From the NCBI GenBank assembly GCA_046563655.1, contig JAJCTO010000009.1:868001-932000 (forward strand): a stretch of DNA of 64,000 nt, given 5' to 3'. Source of the stretch: Yuukianura sp. NJ FZ-2021 (lineage: Eukaryota). The position numbers were made by a program, and so were the translations under genes. A model generated the notes under the pieces. The model was not told the DNA's origin. It ran no database searches and was given only the letters and a program-made list of their open reading frames with translations. Position 1 is the stretch's first letter. Each line of letters opens with the position of its first letter. Shown piece after piece: positions 11,265 to 21,600 of the stretch.

Positions 11265-13115
11265 TCAGACGTCCTCGTCGGAGCTGTAATCGGTTTCAGA
11301 GTCCGAAGCGCGATATATGGTGTCGTCATCGTCGGAGTCTATGATAACTACCGAGTTGGCTGCCGGAGGTTGTGCTGGCACTGGAGCTGGTCGTGAAGAA
11401 GGTCCAGCAACTGGCCCTGGAGTTGGCCTGGAAGATGGCCCTGCAACTGGCCCTGGAGTTGGAGTATGGCCAACTTGGTTTTGGGCACACATTGCCGTGA
11501 CTGCCATAACCGGCGTCTTGTTGGGACCAGGAGGCGTCCAGAGGGGAGGCAGCTTCACTTGAATGGCAGTAGGAACGGCTAAGGCAGAGGATCGTAGAGA
11601 GGATCGTTCAGAGGATCGGGGAGAGGATTTGTACAGGTCGAGCTCAATTTCTATGGTGCGGGCTTTGGCGGACATGGCAAGATATTTGATTTTGTATTTG
11701 TCCAATTCAGCTCTAAGTTCGGTTTCAATAGATGAGGGGGGAACATACGGCTCATCGATACATCCTTGAATCTCGCTGCTTGCAATTGTCGGAGTAGGTG
11801 CTGGGTCAACGGAAATGTGACTTGCAGTGAGCGGGGTAGTAGACTCTTCCTCCAATGGTCGCACAATGGTTGCTGACGGTTGTGGTTTGGTTAACGTGAG
11901 CACAGTTGAAGGCACTGCGGGAGGCCGAAAGGAATGATCCAGTGATGGTATGGGAATGCTGCTGCGTGAGGTACCGGCAATTGCTGGTGGAAGAGGAGCC
12001 GATAATCGCGGTGTTTTCGCAGGAGGAGGGCTATCTTCGGGTGAAGCGATTGGTTGTGGAGAGTGTCCAGTGGATGAAGCTACTGCACCGATGTCGTCCA
12101 TAAAGAGGTTGTTGATTTCGGCTATGACTTCCGTTTTAGTCAATGGGTGATCCGTAGGTAGCTTGAATGACTGGAGAAATCGATTCACACGTGCCTGAGC
12201 GTGACTTTGTTGGACGGTCGCCCATTCCCAATATCGAGTGCGAAAACTGGAGAGAGGTTGGTCAAGAATAACGCCGAGTCGAATAATAACATTGCTGACG
12301 AGTTTGTCCAAACGGCGGGAAGGAACGTCTGCTGGAACTATTAGCGGTCGAGAGCCTTTTACTAATCCAGGTGATTTAAGCTGCTTACTTGCAGCTTGTC
12401 CCGAGGCTTTTACCATGATTCTGATGACATCTGCAAAATCAGCTCGTTTTGTCAATCCAATCATCATACGTTTCCAGAGGCGAAGCAGAGTGTCTGTGTG
12501 TGCTTTCATGGCTGTATATAGCTTGAGGAGAGTGGGATCATGAAATTTCGGTTTTTGATGCGATTCTCCAAGGAATTGTTCGCATAAAAGGTTGAAACTG
12601 ATATCATGTGTCCAAGCTGGCGTGAGCTTGAGTTGAGTGATGTCAATGGCAGCTACTGTGTAAAGGCCGAAATCTCGAATGAGCCAAAGAATCTCACTGT
12701 AGGAGGCAAAAATTTTTGGCGTAGTGGCGTCCAGGAAAATTGGTTCTAAGAGCGGCTTGATTTGAAGATAAAGCTCCTTGGTTTCAATGACACATGACAT
12801 ACCTAATGAGCAGAGGCCAATAGCTGTAGTCTCCCCTAAGTAAGTCTCTTCGTTTTGGAAGCATGTGACTGCAATAGGTTCTTGCCTAGGTATGTGTGAA
12901 ATAAACTTTTGGACCTGCTCATGTCTATGGAAGTAGGAGTGGGGATGATGAATAGTTTTGGGAAGAGCAGAGGGATGTATGGAGGAAATTAAGGAGGCAC
13001 CCTGGACTGCCCGAATCTGAGACCGAATTTGGTGATTCAAAACAATGGTTCTGCGACGGTTAATTCGCAATCTCTCAGCCCATCGATCCTTAGCAGAAGT
13101 GTAAATTGAAGACAT
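11265..13115 (-). CDS. Accessory protein: degenerate Rrp6/EXOSC10-like DEDDy exonuclease domain plus a Pro/Ser-rich tail with a short coiled coil (616 aa)
   Basis: EPIAVTCF...YLGETTAIGLCS...VIETKEL...IFLDATTPKIF...ILWLIRDFGLYTVAAID parallels the Rrp6 pattern (IAVDLE...LGLTCLMQIS...IIDTLEL...DPAIVKVF...IEWLQKDFGLYVVNMFD). The acidic catalytic residues are replaced. Intact ORF, preceded by TTTCAG|ATG. Confidence 0.72.
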   Translation of the reverse strand: MSSIYTSAKDRWAERLRINRRRTIVLNHQIRSQIRAVQGASLISSIHPSALPKTIHHPHSYFHRHEQVQKFISHIPRQEPIAVTCFQNEETYLGETTAIGLCSLGMSCVIETKELYLQIKPLLEPIFLDATTPKIFASYSEILWLIRDFGLYTVAAIDITQLKLTPAWTHDISFNLLCEQFLGESHQKPKFHDPTLLKLYTAMKAHTDTLLRLWKRMMIGLTKRADFADVIRIMVKASGQAASKQLKSPGLVKGSRPLIVPADVPSRRLDKLVSNVIIRLGVILDQPLSSFRTRYWEWATVQQSHAQARVNRFLQSFKLPTDHPLTKTEVIAEINNLFMDDIGAVASSTGHSPQPIASPEDSPPPAKTPRLSAPLPPAIAGTSRSSIPIPSLDHSFRPPAVPSTVLTLTKPQPSATIVRPLEEESTTPLTASHISVDPAPTPTIASSEIQGCIDEPYVPPSSIETELRAELDKYKIKYLAMSAKARTIEIELDLYKSSPRSSERSSLRSSALAVPTAIQVKLPPLWTPPGPNKTPVMAVTAMCAQNQVGHTPTPGPVAGPSSRPTPGPVAGPSSRPAPVPAQPPAANSVVIIDSDDDDTIYRASDSETDYSSDEDV

Positions 13116-13281
13116 CTGAAATCAATTTGATTATTTCGGATTTATATTTTACAAATTTTTATTTAGAACTACGTTCCCTTATAATGTTTGTTACTATAAT
13201 TGAACTACAGTTTTCTCTACTGTTTTCTACGTGTGTAACAGGGACTACAGTGAATTTTTCTTTTAACAAGTTAGGATCCCC

Positions 13282-14160
13282 TTAATGTAGGAACCGATTA
13301 CTTCTAGGTCGGAGTTCGTAGTCTCCCCGGGATTTAAGTCTGATGTGGTACATCAATTCCTCTCGAATTGATCTACCATATCGACGATAACCCTCAAGCG
13401 TTTTTAACAATAGCCGAAATGAGGATTTTGCATCGCATTGAAGCAAATCAATGCAAATGATGTCTTTATATTTGAAATAGTAGCTCGGAGGATAAATTTG
13501 AAACCGAAGGCAAATGTTTTCGATATCCCGGGTAGCTAATTGTAAAAAGAAATCGCTCCGAACTCCGATCTGGCTCTGGGTCCGATCTCCCGATTTTTCA
13601 ATAAACTCCAAAACTGGAAATAATTTTCCTTCCGGGAAAACCTCATTGCCGCTATTGCCCAAAATTATTGGCCGTAAATCGAAGGTTCGCCGAGTGCGGC
13701 ATATCGTCGGGATAACGAGAAGGTTGAAGCGGACTTTCCTCATCCAAGCCGTCTCGGCAAAAGTTGCGCGCGGAACGTTTTCCTCTCGTCGCGGAAGCCG
13801 TGCGACTTCTTGCAACTCATACTTATCAAATCTTTCACAAATGATTTCAGCGACTTGTTGACCGCGCTTAATAATTCGGTTAGTATAATCATGAGAATAA
13901 AGGATAATCTCGATTGGTCCGCGCTGGTCCCGTTCAATTAAGTCCATTATTACGTTAATTAAATTTCCGAGTTCGCTGGATGGAACTATACGACCGTAAG
14001 TTCCTTCCGGGAGGTCAACTTCAATAAAGGTTCGAATTACTGCTGTTCCCTTGGCCGCTAAAACAGTATCAGCTGGACATAGAAACACAAATCCTGGAAG
14101 AATTCCAGAACTTGGTCGGAGTGGCAATGCAATGCTGGCACACCGTTTGAATCGCAACAT
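13282..14160 (-). CDS. Accessory protein: degenerate trimeric dUTPase-like N-terminal domain plus an unknown C-terminal domain (292 aa)
   Basis: LPEGTYGRIVPSS, LIERDQRGPIEIIL and IKRGQQVAEIICER correspond to dUTPase motifs 2-4. Motif 1 (AGYDL) and the motif 3 Asp/Tyr are altered; motif 5 (RGxGGFGS) is absent. Confidence 0.78.
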   Translation of the reverse strand: MLRFKRCASIALPLRPSSGILPGFVFLCPADTVLAAKGTAVIRTFIEVDLPEGTYGRIVPSSELGNLINVIMDLIERDQRGPIEIILYSHDYTNRIIKRGQQVAEIICERFDKYELQEVARLPRREENVPRATFAETAWMRKVRFNLLVIPTICRTRRTFDLRPIILGNSGNEVFPEGKLFPVLEFIEKSGDRTQSQIGVRSDFFLQLATRDIENICLRFQIYPPSYYFKYKDIICIDLLQCDAKSSFRLLLKTLEGYRRYGRSIREELMYHIRLKSRGDYELRPRSNRFLH

Positions 14161-14173
14161 AACGCCAATTTAG

Positions 14174-14872
14174 TTATAGAAATTCCCAAAGAGCTATATC
14201 AAGCCACTCGTCCGTTACGCCTAATCCGCGACGCGTGTAGTATCTTCGAGCGCGTTGCCGAGCTCTGCGTTGAGCGGTAGTAAAAGCCGATAAGTAGATA
14301 GGAAGTTCTCGCGCGTAAATTATTTCTAAATGAGTCGCTAAGTCTTCTCTATCTTTTGTATACTTTCGAATTTGTTTTGCTAATGTTTGAAAACGGTATG
14401 GTTTTGGGCGAGGCCCAAGAGGAACAAGTGTACAATAGTCGTGAAAGCTATAATATTCAATCCCGAATTTGCGCAAGATCCGTTCCAACTCTGCGGGAGC
14501 GAAGGTTACAATGGCCGGCCAGTGAAGCTGGAGTGGTTGATTGTAATCCAAAATAAATTGACTTAAGAGAATTGGAAAAACGTTAAGTGGTATTTTTGCC
14601 AAGAATTGTTCTATCTTTGTATGACTGTTGGGGTCAACTGTAAGTATTCCTGGGTAATACGAACGCTGGAGTATTACAATATTACTGAATATTTGATTTT
14701 GTTTGGCTCGAGCCCGTCTTTTCGTTTCCTCTATGTATTTTAACAATTTGGGGAACACGTCGACTACGTTTGTTAAATCGTTGACGCAACAGAACTGGAA
14801 GACTTTGTCCAAAACTAGCTCTGGCAACTCATAAAAGTGAAGGGTTCCAGGCTTCAGCGGGGCCGAGGTCAT
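14174..14872 (-). CDS. Accessory protein with an N-terminal F-box-like motif (232 aa)
   Basis: FYELPELVLDKVFQFCCVNDLTNVVDV fits the LPxEILxxIFxYLxxxDL F-box pattern; intact ORF. Confidence 0.65.
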   Translation of the reverse strand: MTSAPLKPGTLHFYELPELVLDKVFQFCCVNDLTNVVDVFPKLLKYIEETKRRARAKQNQIFSNIVILQRSYYPGILTVDPNSHTKIEQFLAKIPLNVFPILLSQFILDYNQPLQLHWPAIVTFAPAELERILRKFGIEYYSFHDYCTLVPLGPRPKPYRFQTLAKQIRKYTKDREDLATHLEIIYARELPIYLSAFTTAQRRARQRARRYYTRRGLGVTDEWLDIALWEFL

Positions 14873-16008
14873 ACGGACTTGGCGGTGTGACCTGGCAGGT
14901 CAAGAATTCGTCGTGAGCGCTGCTTTACAGCTAGCCAACTCAACAGTTTCCTTTTTGGGGAATTTGCAAGTGCTAACTCAGGAATTTTCTTTGTCTAAAG
15001 ATTTGAATAAAGCGAGATTTCCTTGTCAACCTAAAATTAAAAAGAGCTTCGTCGAACATGATGAATAGTTTTTCAATTTGATATTGAATATTAATTAATT
15101 ATGTGGCTGGTATGCCAAAACACGTCATGACGACCAGGTTAGAGGTCAAGGTCCTTGCTCTCATTCGAATTTGGATTTGGAAAATCTAAATAATCATGTG
15201 GCAATGCTGTTTCATTGTAGTGATTTCTAATCCGTGCTTACTAAGAATTCGCATTCTACGACAACCCGTGAAAGGTTCTTTGAATCTACGTAATAAATAC
15301 TCAATCATATTTGTTTACTAAAAATGGAAACATTCTTCTGCTCCGAATTTCAACCATGTTATGCAGGATTAATTGACGTGTACACTTTGGCCAAGGAGTA
15401 ATGGCTTAAGAAACAGGCAACATAGAACGATTCACCAACTGTAACCGTTCTAACTGCTTTGAAGAAATATTCCATGGAGTATTATAATTTTATACGTTAA
15501 GATCTAGTTTATTTTGACATTGTAGTCAAGGCAAGAAACGGTGTTAAACAACATTGTGTCTCCCGCATTTGGTGAAATTCAGTCAGTGCACTTTTGAACC
15601 AATGCTGAACTTTGCATTAGAAGACTGGGTCATTTCACAAAACAAATGTTTACGTTGGAATCGGCGACCGTGACAGAAGAACCTACAATTCTTCATGACA
15701 ATATGTCGATTGAATCTCAGTTTTAGAGGCTGAGGCGCTGGATGCTAACACTCCTCGAAGGCACAAATCCGAATTCATACCATTACTCTAATCAGAACGG
15801 AAGTCATTAACCTGACAGAATTTTCCAATACTGTAATCCGGACCGGAATTAACTGTATGGATTTTACCAAATTGACAAAATTGACAGATATTTTTAGCCT
15901 GTACCATAGGCATTAATAAGTGCAAAGGTCCCGTGGCACTATTAAATTGCAACACTACGTTTTTACTACGTTTTCTTTCACAAGGTAAAACAATGTAAAT
16001 CAACTTCG

Positions 16009-16191
16009 TTAATCATTTTCTTTATCTTCTTCAAGTTCTCTCTCCATAACCTCAATTCTAACAGTCAACTCCTGAATTTTTGCTTGACAGAAACAAAGTC
16101 TAGCGGTCTTATTTCGCCTGCGCTTGGCCAGTCGTATGGCGGCTAACATGAGAGCTCGTCGTCGCTTCCTAAGCTCGCGCTCTAAGTCCAT
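16009..16191 (-). CDS. Small basic/coiled-coil (bZIP-like) protein, 60 aa
   Basis: Basic stretch RKRRR...KRRRNK followed by a heptad-like IQELTVRIEVMERELEE; TTCTGTTTTAG|ATG acceptor directly at the start. Confidence 0.4.
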   Translation of the reverse strand: MDLERELRKRRRALMLAAIRLAKRRRNKTARLCFCQAKIQELTVRIEVMERELEEDKEND

Positions 16192-16330
16192 CTAAAACAG
16201 AATAGTTACACTAACAATTTCATTGTTGATTTAAAATTACAGGGCACAATTCAGTGTACACCTGATCAAAATTTATAATTCTACAATTCTCGACTACTAC
16301 TACAGTTCATATGAACATCTTTAGTCACTT

Positions 16331-18574
16331 TTAGACATAAGTTTCAACCGTAGTTTCTGACGTTGGATCAAGTTTGGGCTGGAAGCTTTTAAGGACGCGA
16401 GTTTCAGCATGACTCATTGTGAGTCGTAAAGGCATTCCTTCTGGGACTAAAAATTTCTTTGATTCTCCAATTCCCACTTCCAAATTAACTTCTGCAGATG
16501 CTTTGGGAATTTTAACTTTGGAGGCTCCGTCCTTAATCTCGGTGGCAGGCTTTACATCGGCTCCTTCTCTCTTTTTCTCTGGGGGAACGTTGAACTCGTT
16601 CTTTCTTTGCTCTGAGCAGATTCGATAAAGGTAAATATACCATACGAGAAGAACAAGTAGCAGTAGGAAAAACAAAATTCCAATTATGACAATGTTTGTG
16701 GTGTGATGGGCTTCCGAGCTTTGTGCTGCGACTCCTCTAATTCGGTCCATCAATCCGAGTCCTATGACTGGGCCGATTCCGTTGGTACAGCATTGTTTGT
16801 ACATCATGAATCCCAGAATGACGCTCAAAGCTATGTTCCACACTATCAGCATGGTATCTGTAGTGGGAGCAATGACGTGAATTAAATTTGGTACTACCAA
16901 TTGTTTAATTCTGCTGACTTCTGTCAAATTTAGGCGGGGTGAACCTAGGTCCCAAGTTTCATTGAAAACTGCATGGAGGTGGGGAAAAGTAACTGGTTCA
17001 CCTCGATTGTTGGCTTTTAGCATAACATCAATTTTTGACATGACGGTAGGAATTATAATATGGACTGTGGGAAAGTTTACGAGGTCGTCCGGGCAAGGAT
17101 ATGGAGGTCGAATTGGGGATCTTCCTGGAATTTTTACTGAGCAATCACAGCTTAATTTCACCTGAAGGCTTCCCACGCCTTCCGTCGGCGGACCCACGGA
17201 AAAGCTTTTGCTTTCACCACAATCTATTTTGGTGCCTTCAACTTTTCCAGTTAGAATAAAAGTATCATAGCTTAATTGGGTGACCGTTAATTCGTTGTTA
17301 CCCAACACACACTCAAAAATGCATACATCATTTAGTTCTCGAACGCTTGAACCTTTTAGCAGATGTTTGACGCAAAGGAAACCGACCATTGGATTGCTGT
17401 TCGTTTGAGGTACAAGACAGAGTCCGGAATGAGGCTGACATTGGTGCAGCTGAGTTCCCTGGATGGTGATGATGTTGTTAGCGGCAACAGCTACGTAAGT
17501 GGGTGCGTGCTGGATCATACAAATGCTTCCTTTGAAGCCAAATGGAATGTTGACCATCTCGAATAGCTTCCAATTTTCTTCAATTCGTCGAATAGGAATT
17601 TTAACCCGAAAAATTACTCTTCCTTCCGGAGTGAAGGTGCAGTCCGCTATTCGTAATTTATAGTATTTGGAAACGTCTTCTGCTGAAATGGCCAAGGTGT
17701 AACCATCATTTCTAATTTTTCGGTTGATGTTTCGTAAGTCTTTGGTGAGTCGTTGAGGATTAACGGCGAGCAAGGGAATTGTGTGGCTGCGACAATGGGA
17801 TTGAAGATCAGTGAACTGCATAATTTCGGCAATTGAATTCAGATGAAAATATGTTTGCATGAAACCTCTCTGGAACGTGCTGACTTCTCGTGACAATGCG
17901 TTCACCTGTCTAGCGATTTCGGTTTCTTCAGTGATGGTTTCATTCATTTCTTGGCTTAGTGATTCTAAGCTGCTATGGATTCGGCTAACAATTCGAGAAA
18001 CGTTGCCACGAAACAGTTCGTAACTTTCGTTGATGGTCATGACGTTTTGGTTGTTGGCCACCACTGAACCTTTCAAGGTTTCCAAGAACTTTTTAACTTC
18101 AACTTCATTTGAAAAGAGGCCCTTCATGTCTCTTTTGCTGACAAAGCCGCAACAGAATGAATAAAAATCGGAAACAAGATTGAGAGGATTGAGACTTTCT
18201 AAATCAAGAGAACGCTGTCCTCTGGCCAGGAACTCTCGTGCTGTTCCGGAGGATGGATCATGAAGGATGTCTTTCAAAATGTTTCTTAAAGTCTGGCTAA
18301 CATGATTAACCATATCGCGAATTGTGATCTGAAAACTGCATCCATCCGCGCTTGTTTCACAAATTTTGGAACGAAATAAATTTTGTGGGATTTCCGCAAA
18401 GGTTACATTTAAATCGTAGATGAGAGGAACAGTTGCCGTGTAAAGCTCCGCGTCCGTGATTTCTCGAACGAAGGCTCCAGAGGTGACTCGAACTTGAGTC
18501 GGAGTAATTGAGTATTTCTGGGAAGTGGTAATACTCGCAAAAGCCGCTACAATCAGTGCGACCTCGAGCTTCAT
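16331..18574 (-). CDS. env: Envelope glycoprotein (fusion protein, probably of the baculovirus-F/errantivirus type), 747 aa
   Basis: N-terminal signal peptide, RGQR/S furin-like site followed by LNLVSDFYSFCCG, heptad-rich region, Cys-rich ectodomain with N-glycosylation sequons, two C-terminal hydrophobic segments; lies directly downstream of the integrase. Confidence 0.85.
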   Translation of the reverse strand: MKLEVALIVAAFASITTSQKYSITPTQVRVTSGAFVREITDAELYTATVPLIYDLNVTFAEIPQNLFRSKICETSADGCSFQITIRDMVNHVSQTLRNILKDILHDPSSGTAREFLARGQRSLDLESLNPLNLVSDFYSFCCGFVSKRDMKGLFSNEVEVKKFLETLKGSVVANNQNVMTINESYELFRGNVSRIVSRIHSSLESLSQEMNETITEETEIARQVNALSREVSTFQRGFMQTYFHLNSIAEIMQFTDLQSHCRSHTIPLLAVNPQRLTKDLRNINRKIRNDGYTLAISAEDVSKYYKLRIADCTFTPEGRVIFRVKIPIRRIEENWKLFEMVNIPFGFKGSICMIQHAPTYVAVAANNIITIQGTQLHQCQPHSGLCLVPQTNSNPMVGFLCVKHLLKGSSVRELNDVCIFECVLGNNELTVTQLSYDTFILTGKVEGTKIDCGESKSFSVGPPTEGVGSLQVKLSCDCSVKIPGRSPIRPPYPCPDDLVNFPTVHIIIPTVMSKIDVMLKANNRGEPVTFPHLHAVFNETWDLGSPRLNLTEVSRIKQLVVPNLIHVIAPTTDTMLIVWNIALSVILGFMMYKQCCTNGIGPVIGLGLMDRIRGVAAQSSEAHHTTNIVIIGILFFLLLLVLLVWYIYLYRICSEQRKNEFNVPPEKKREGADVKPATEIKDGASKVKIPKASAEVNLEVGIGESKKFLVPEGMPLRLTMSHAETRVLKSFQPKLDPTSETTVETYV

Positions 18575-18630
18575 ATCTATATTACAACCTGAATTAATTT
18601 CTGTTCCATTCGATTTCCCTTTTAGAATAA

Positions 18631-21600
18631 CTATGAGTCTATTCCAAACCTAACAGGTTTCTTGACTTCTCTTCCAGCCCTAGTTCTAACAACATTTTCA
18701 AGTTTATCTTTTTCAATCTCCTCGTCTTCAGTTGACGATGCATTTTCACTACTTTCACTTTCAGATTCAGAGCCTAAGCTCACTTTATCTACAGTAGGTT
18801 CTTCAAACTCAAATTCTAACAGATCATCCGGAATCAACTTATCCGAAGGATCTGCTTCTGGGGTTTCCGTTATCTTTACCACTTCCATAGGAAGCTTTCC
18901 CGGTTTAGAATCTGCCCGTCCCGGGTCAGACAAACACAGCTTGTGACAAAGGTGGGTCATACCTTCACTGTCAATAAATTTCTTTAAATTAGAAATATGA
19001 ACGCGAATCGGATCTGAGTCATCTTGTTGCTTATGAGGCTTGCATTTGTAAGACAGAGCAGAGTTCTTTTGAACAATAACATAAGGACCGCGGTAACGGA
19101 AACACAATTTCCGTGACCTGCCAGGGTCCACCTTGGTCACTTTGACCAAAACCAAATCACCAATTTCAAATTCATCAAGGAGACGCTTGGCATCGCAGGA
19201 CTTGGCCTGACGAGCCTGCGCTCTTTCAATGCCAAGTTTGGCTAAATCTCTAGCTTCCTGCATTTTGCGTATGCGAGTGGGAATGTCGTCGTTGGATTGT
19301 ACAGTATCCCAGACAAGATCCAACGGATGGTTCGGGTGGCGACCGAACATTATGTAAAAACCGGAAAAACCAGTGCTTTCTTTGTGTTCCGCTGTATTTA
19401 GGCTGAAAACGGCAGACCCTAAATACTTGTCCCAATCTCGCTGAGACACGGAAGTGTAATTCGTTAAAACTTCTTCAATACTTCGGTTCTGGCGCTCACA
19501 GAGCCCGTTAGTTTGACTATGGTACGGACTGGAAAAGACGTTAATAATCCCAAGGGATTTGTGAAACTGTTTGAAAAAGTCAGACGTAAAAATTGAAGCA
19601 TTGTCGCTGAGAAGAGTTTTTGGTAGTGCATGAGTCTGAAAAATGTCAGTCAAGAAATCTAACATGACTTTAGTAGTTTGCTTTTTGATAGCCCGGGCGA
19701 AAACAAATTTAGAAAGAAATTCTACAGCAACGACAATGAATTTGTTACCTCGCTTTGACGATGGCAGCGGTCCAATGACATCTAAACTCATTCGATCGAA
19801 CATTTGACCTACGGAAATAGGGCACAATTTCCCCAAAGGTTTCGTATTTCTACTGCGCCGAAGCTGACACGTTTTGCAACAACGGACATAATTCACGACG
19901 ATCTTAGGCATTTTGAAAAAGAAGACACTGCGACGAACGCGCTCCAGAGTCCGCTCTACTCCCATGTGACCAGAATGAATGTCGTCATGGAAACGTGGCA
20001 GTATCTCAGGAATTGAAAGATGAGGAATTACGGGTAAAAGTTTCCCGGTTTTGATACATTTCCACTTGAGCAATTCATCATCAAGAATAAACTTTTTAGA
20101 GAATTTATGGTGAGGATGTGATTTAAGTTTTTGGATAATAAATTTCAATTTGGAGTCAGCCAATTGATTGCGCTGAAGATCGTCGGTAGAATCGGTAGGA
20201 GTGACAACCGTGGTAAGAAACCAAGGAATCGGAAAGTCATCTTTGAATTCTTGTTCATCGTCGATCGGAAAGCGGGATAGACAATCTGCCTGATAGTGAG
20301 TTTTTCCATTCACATGACGAATCTCGTAGTCTACGTCCTGCAAACGTAAGGCCCATCGAGCTAACCGACTATTTCTGAAATTCCTGCATGTTTTTAAATA
20401 ACAAAGACTATGATGATCGACCGCGATGATCAATGGCCCAAAGCCAATGTATTCACGATATTTTTCTAATCCCCAGACAACACTGAGAGCTTCTTTGTCC
20501 GTTGTGCTATAACGCTCTTCAGCACCCTTCAAAGTTCGACTAGCATACGCAACGACTTCTAATTTCCCGTCTAAATTTCTTTGATTTAAAATTGCCGAGA
20601 TACCTTTGTTAGAAGCATCCGTATGAAGCTCTAATTCAAAGTTTTCATTAAAGTAAGCTAAAATAGGAGCTGTCATAAGTTTACTTTTAAGTGTTTCAAA
20701 CGCTTCCTGACAATCTGAACTCCACTGAAATGGCTTATCTTTCTTTGTGAGGTCGGTGAGTGATTTAGCTACTTGACTATAATTTAAAATGAATCGACGG
20801 TAAAATCCGCATAAACCGAGAAATGTCCTGACTTCACCAACATTCCTAGGCGGAGGCATGAGAGATATCGCTTTTACCTTGGAATCAGAAACTGAAATGC
20901 CTTTGTCAGATATGACGTGACCTAACAACTCCAATTTACTTTTTCCAAAATGGCACTTTGCGGGATTGAAAGTGAGGTTAAATCTTTGAAATTGTTGAAA
21001 AACGTCTTCCAGATGTTCTAAATGAGTTTTGAAGTGCTTGGAGTGAATGCAAAGATCATCTAAATAAGCCTGAGCAAATTTATAAAGTCGCCGACCTAAC
21101 ACCTTCTTAATGACCGAATTGCAAAACGCGGGAGCATTCTTCATTCCGAAACTGACGTATTGATATTCATACGTTCCATTGTGTACTATAAAAGCTGTCT
21201 TTTCCACGTCATCCGGATGGACTTTAAGTTGGAAGTAGGTACAGAGTAGCAGACGCTAAATCCAAGGAAGAGAAAACTTTACATCCGGTAAAAGAAGAAA
21301 GAATCTCGTTAATGACGGGCATTGGATAAGACTGGCTTTTAGTTACATTGTTCAAGCGACGATAGTCAATCACCATTCGAACTTTGTCACTACCTGGACG
21401 TCTAACTAAGCTGACACCTGCACTCCAAGGGCTAGTACTTTCTCGAATTATCCCTGCGTTAAGTAATTTATCCACCTCCTCCTCAATAATGCGTTTTTCA
21501 TGAGGCGCCTTTTTGTAAGGAGCACTGGAAATGGGTGCTGCATCCCCCGTATCAATTTTGAAATATTCATCCTGCACCTTCCCTAACTGATCAAGGTCCC

